DNA of 63,715 bases, the filler included, from Octopus bimaculoides (Eukaryota), in the NCBI RefSeq assembly GCF_001194135.2. It is 7 parts of 7 records of this genome, joined end to end, with 100 filler letters (N's around TTAATTAATTAA, not from the genome) between each part and the next. Parts side by side here need not be neighbours in the genome. Positions count along the whole stretch, not along the records: positions 50,492 to 63,715 come from NC_069005.1; 6 more parts are not named here. One strand, 5' to 3'. Of this stretch, positions 63,579 to 63,715 are shown one piece after another. The position numbers were made by a program, and so were the translations under genes. Every line of letters starts with the position of its first letter. Positions within the stretch are counted from its first letter, which is position 1. Below the pieces are notes generated by a model, which did no database searches, was not told the origin of the DNA, and saw only the letters and a list, made by a program, of their open reading frames with translations.

Positions 63579-63682
63579 GCATCACTACTTTCTTAATCTT
63601 ACATCGAACGTTAAACTAACTGATATCGTTTTCACTTTGGTGTCTCTGTTGTTATTCCCGTTATAAATTATTTGTGCGTGTG

Positions 63683-63713
<31 letters not shown>

Positions 63714-63715
63714 GT

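Noticed and set aside
277-63715. Most supplied ORFs (poly-YI, HT, CV, LS, I, N, Y, X runs)
   Set aside because: They are translations of microsatellites, N gaps or SINE antisense strands with no protein-like content.

Overview
This is AT-rich, microsatellite-dense animal genomic DNA with many N gaps. It is most likely octopus; this is inferred from the tRNA-headed and CORE-type SINEs, the RTE, Dong/R4 and Penelope retroelements, and a GRK exon resembling cephalopod rhodopsin kinase. Host coding content is minimal: one clear 102-bp + strand exon of a GRK2/3-type kinase (43398-43499) and one probable + strand exon of an STPG1/MAPO2-like gene (~1198-1345). Nearly all other supplied ORFs are microsatellite or gap translations or decayed transposon frames. 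Transposons: a near-full-length decayed RTE LINE ending in three C2H2 fingers, several Dong/R4 LINE remnants abutting (TAA)n, three Penelope-like (PLE) remnants, Gypsy integrase with a nested LTR-like insert, MULE and Tigger remnants, hAT- and piggyBac-type MITEs, foldback elements and about 20 SINE copies. The most interesting signal not shown by the ORF track is a set of type I hammerhead ribozyme motifs. One is canonical (28750-28802) and sits inside a ~265-nt fold-back unit. The others are a minimal form (63543-63578), a single-substitution variant (19320-19367) and two degenerate copies in a dispersed repeat (923-957, 39639-39673). All homology calls come from motif recognition by eye, with no database search.
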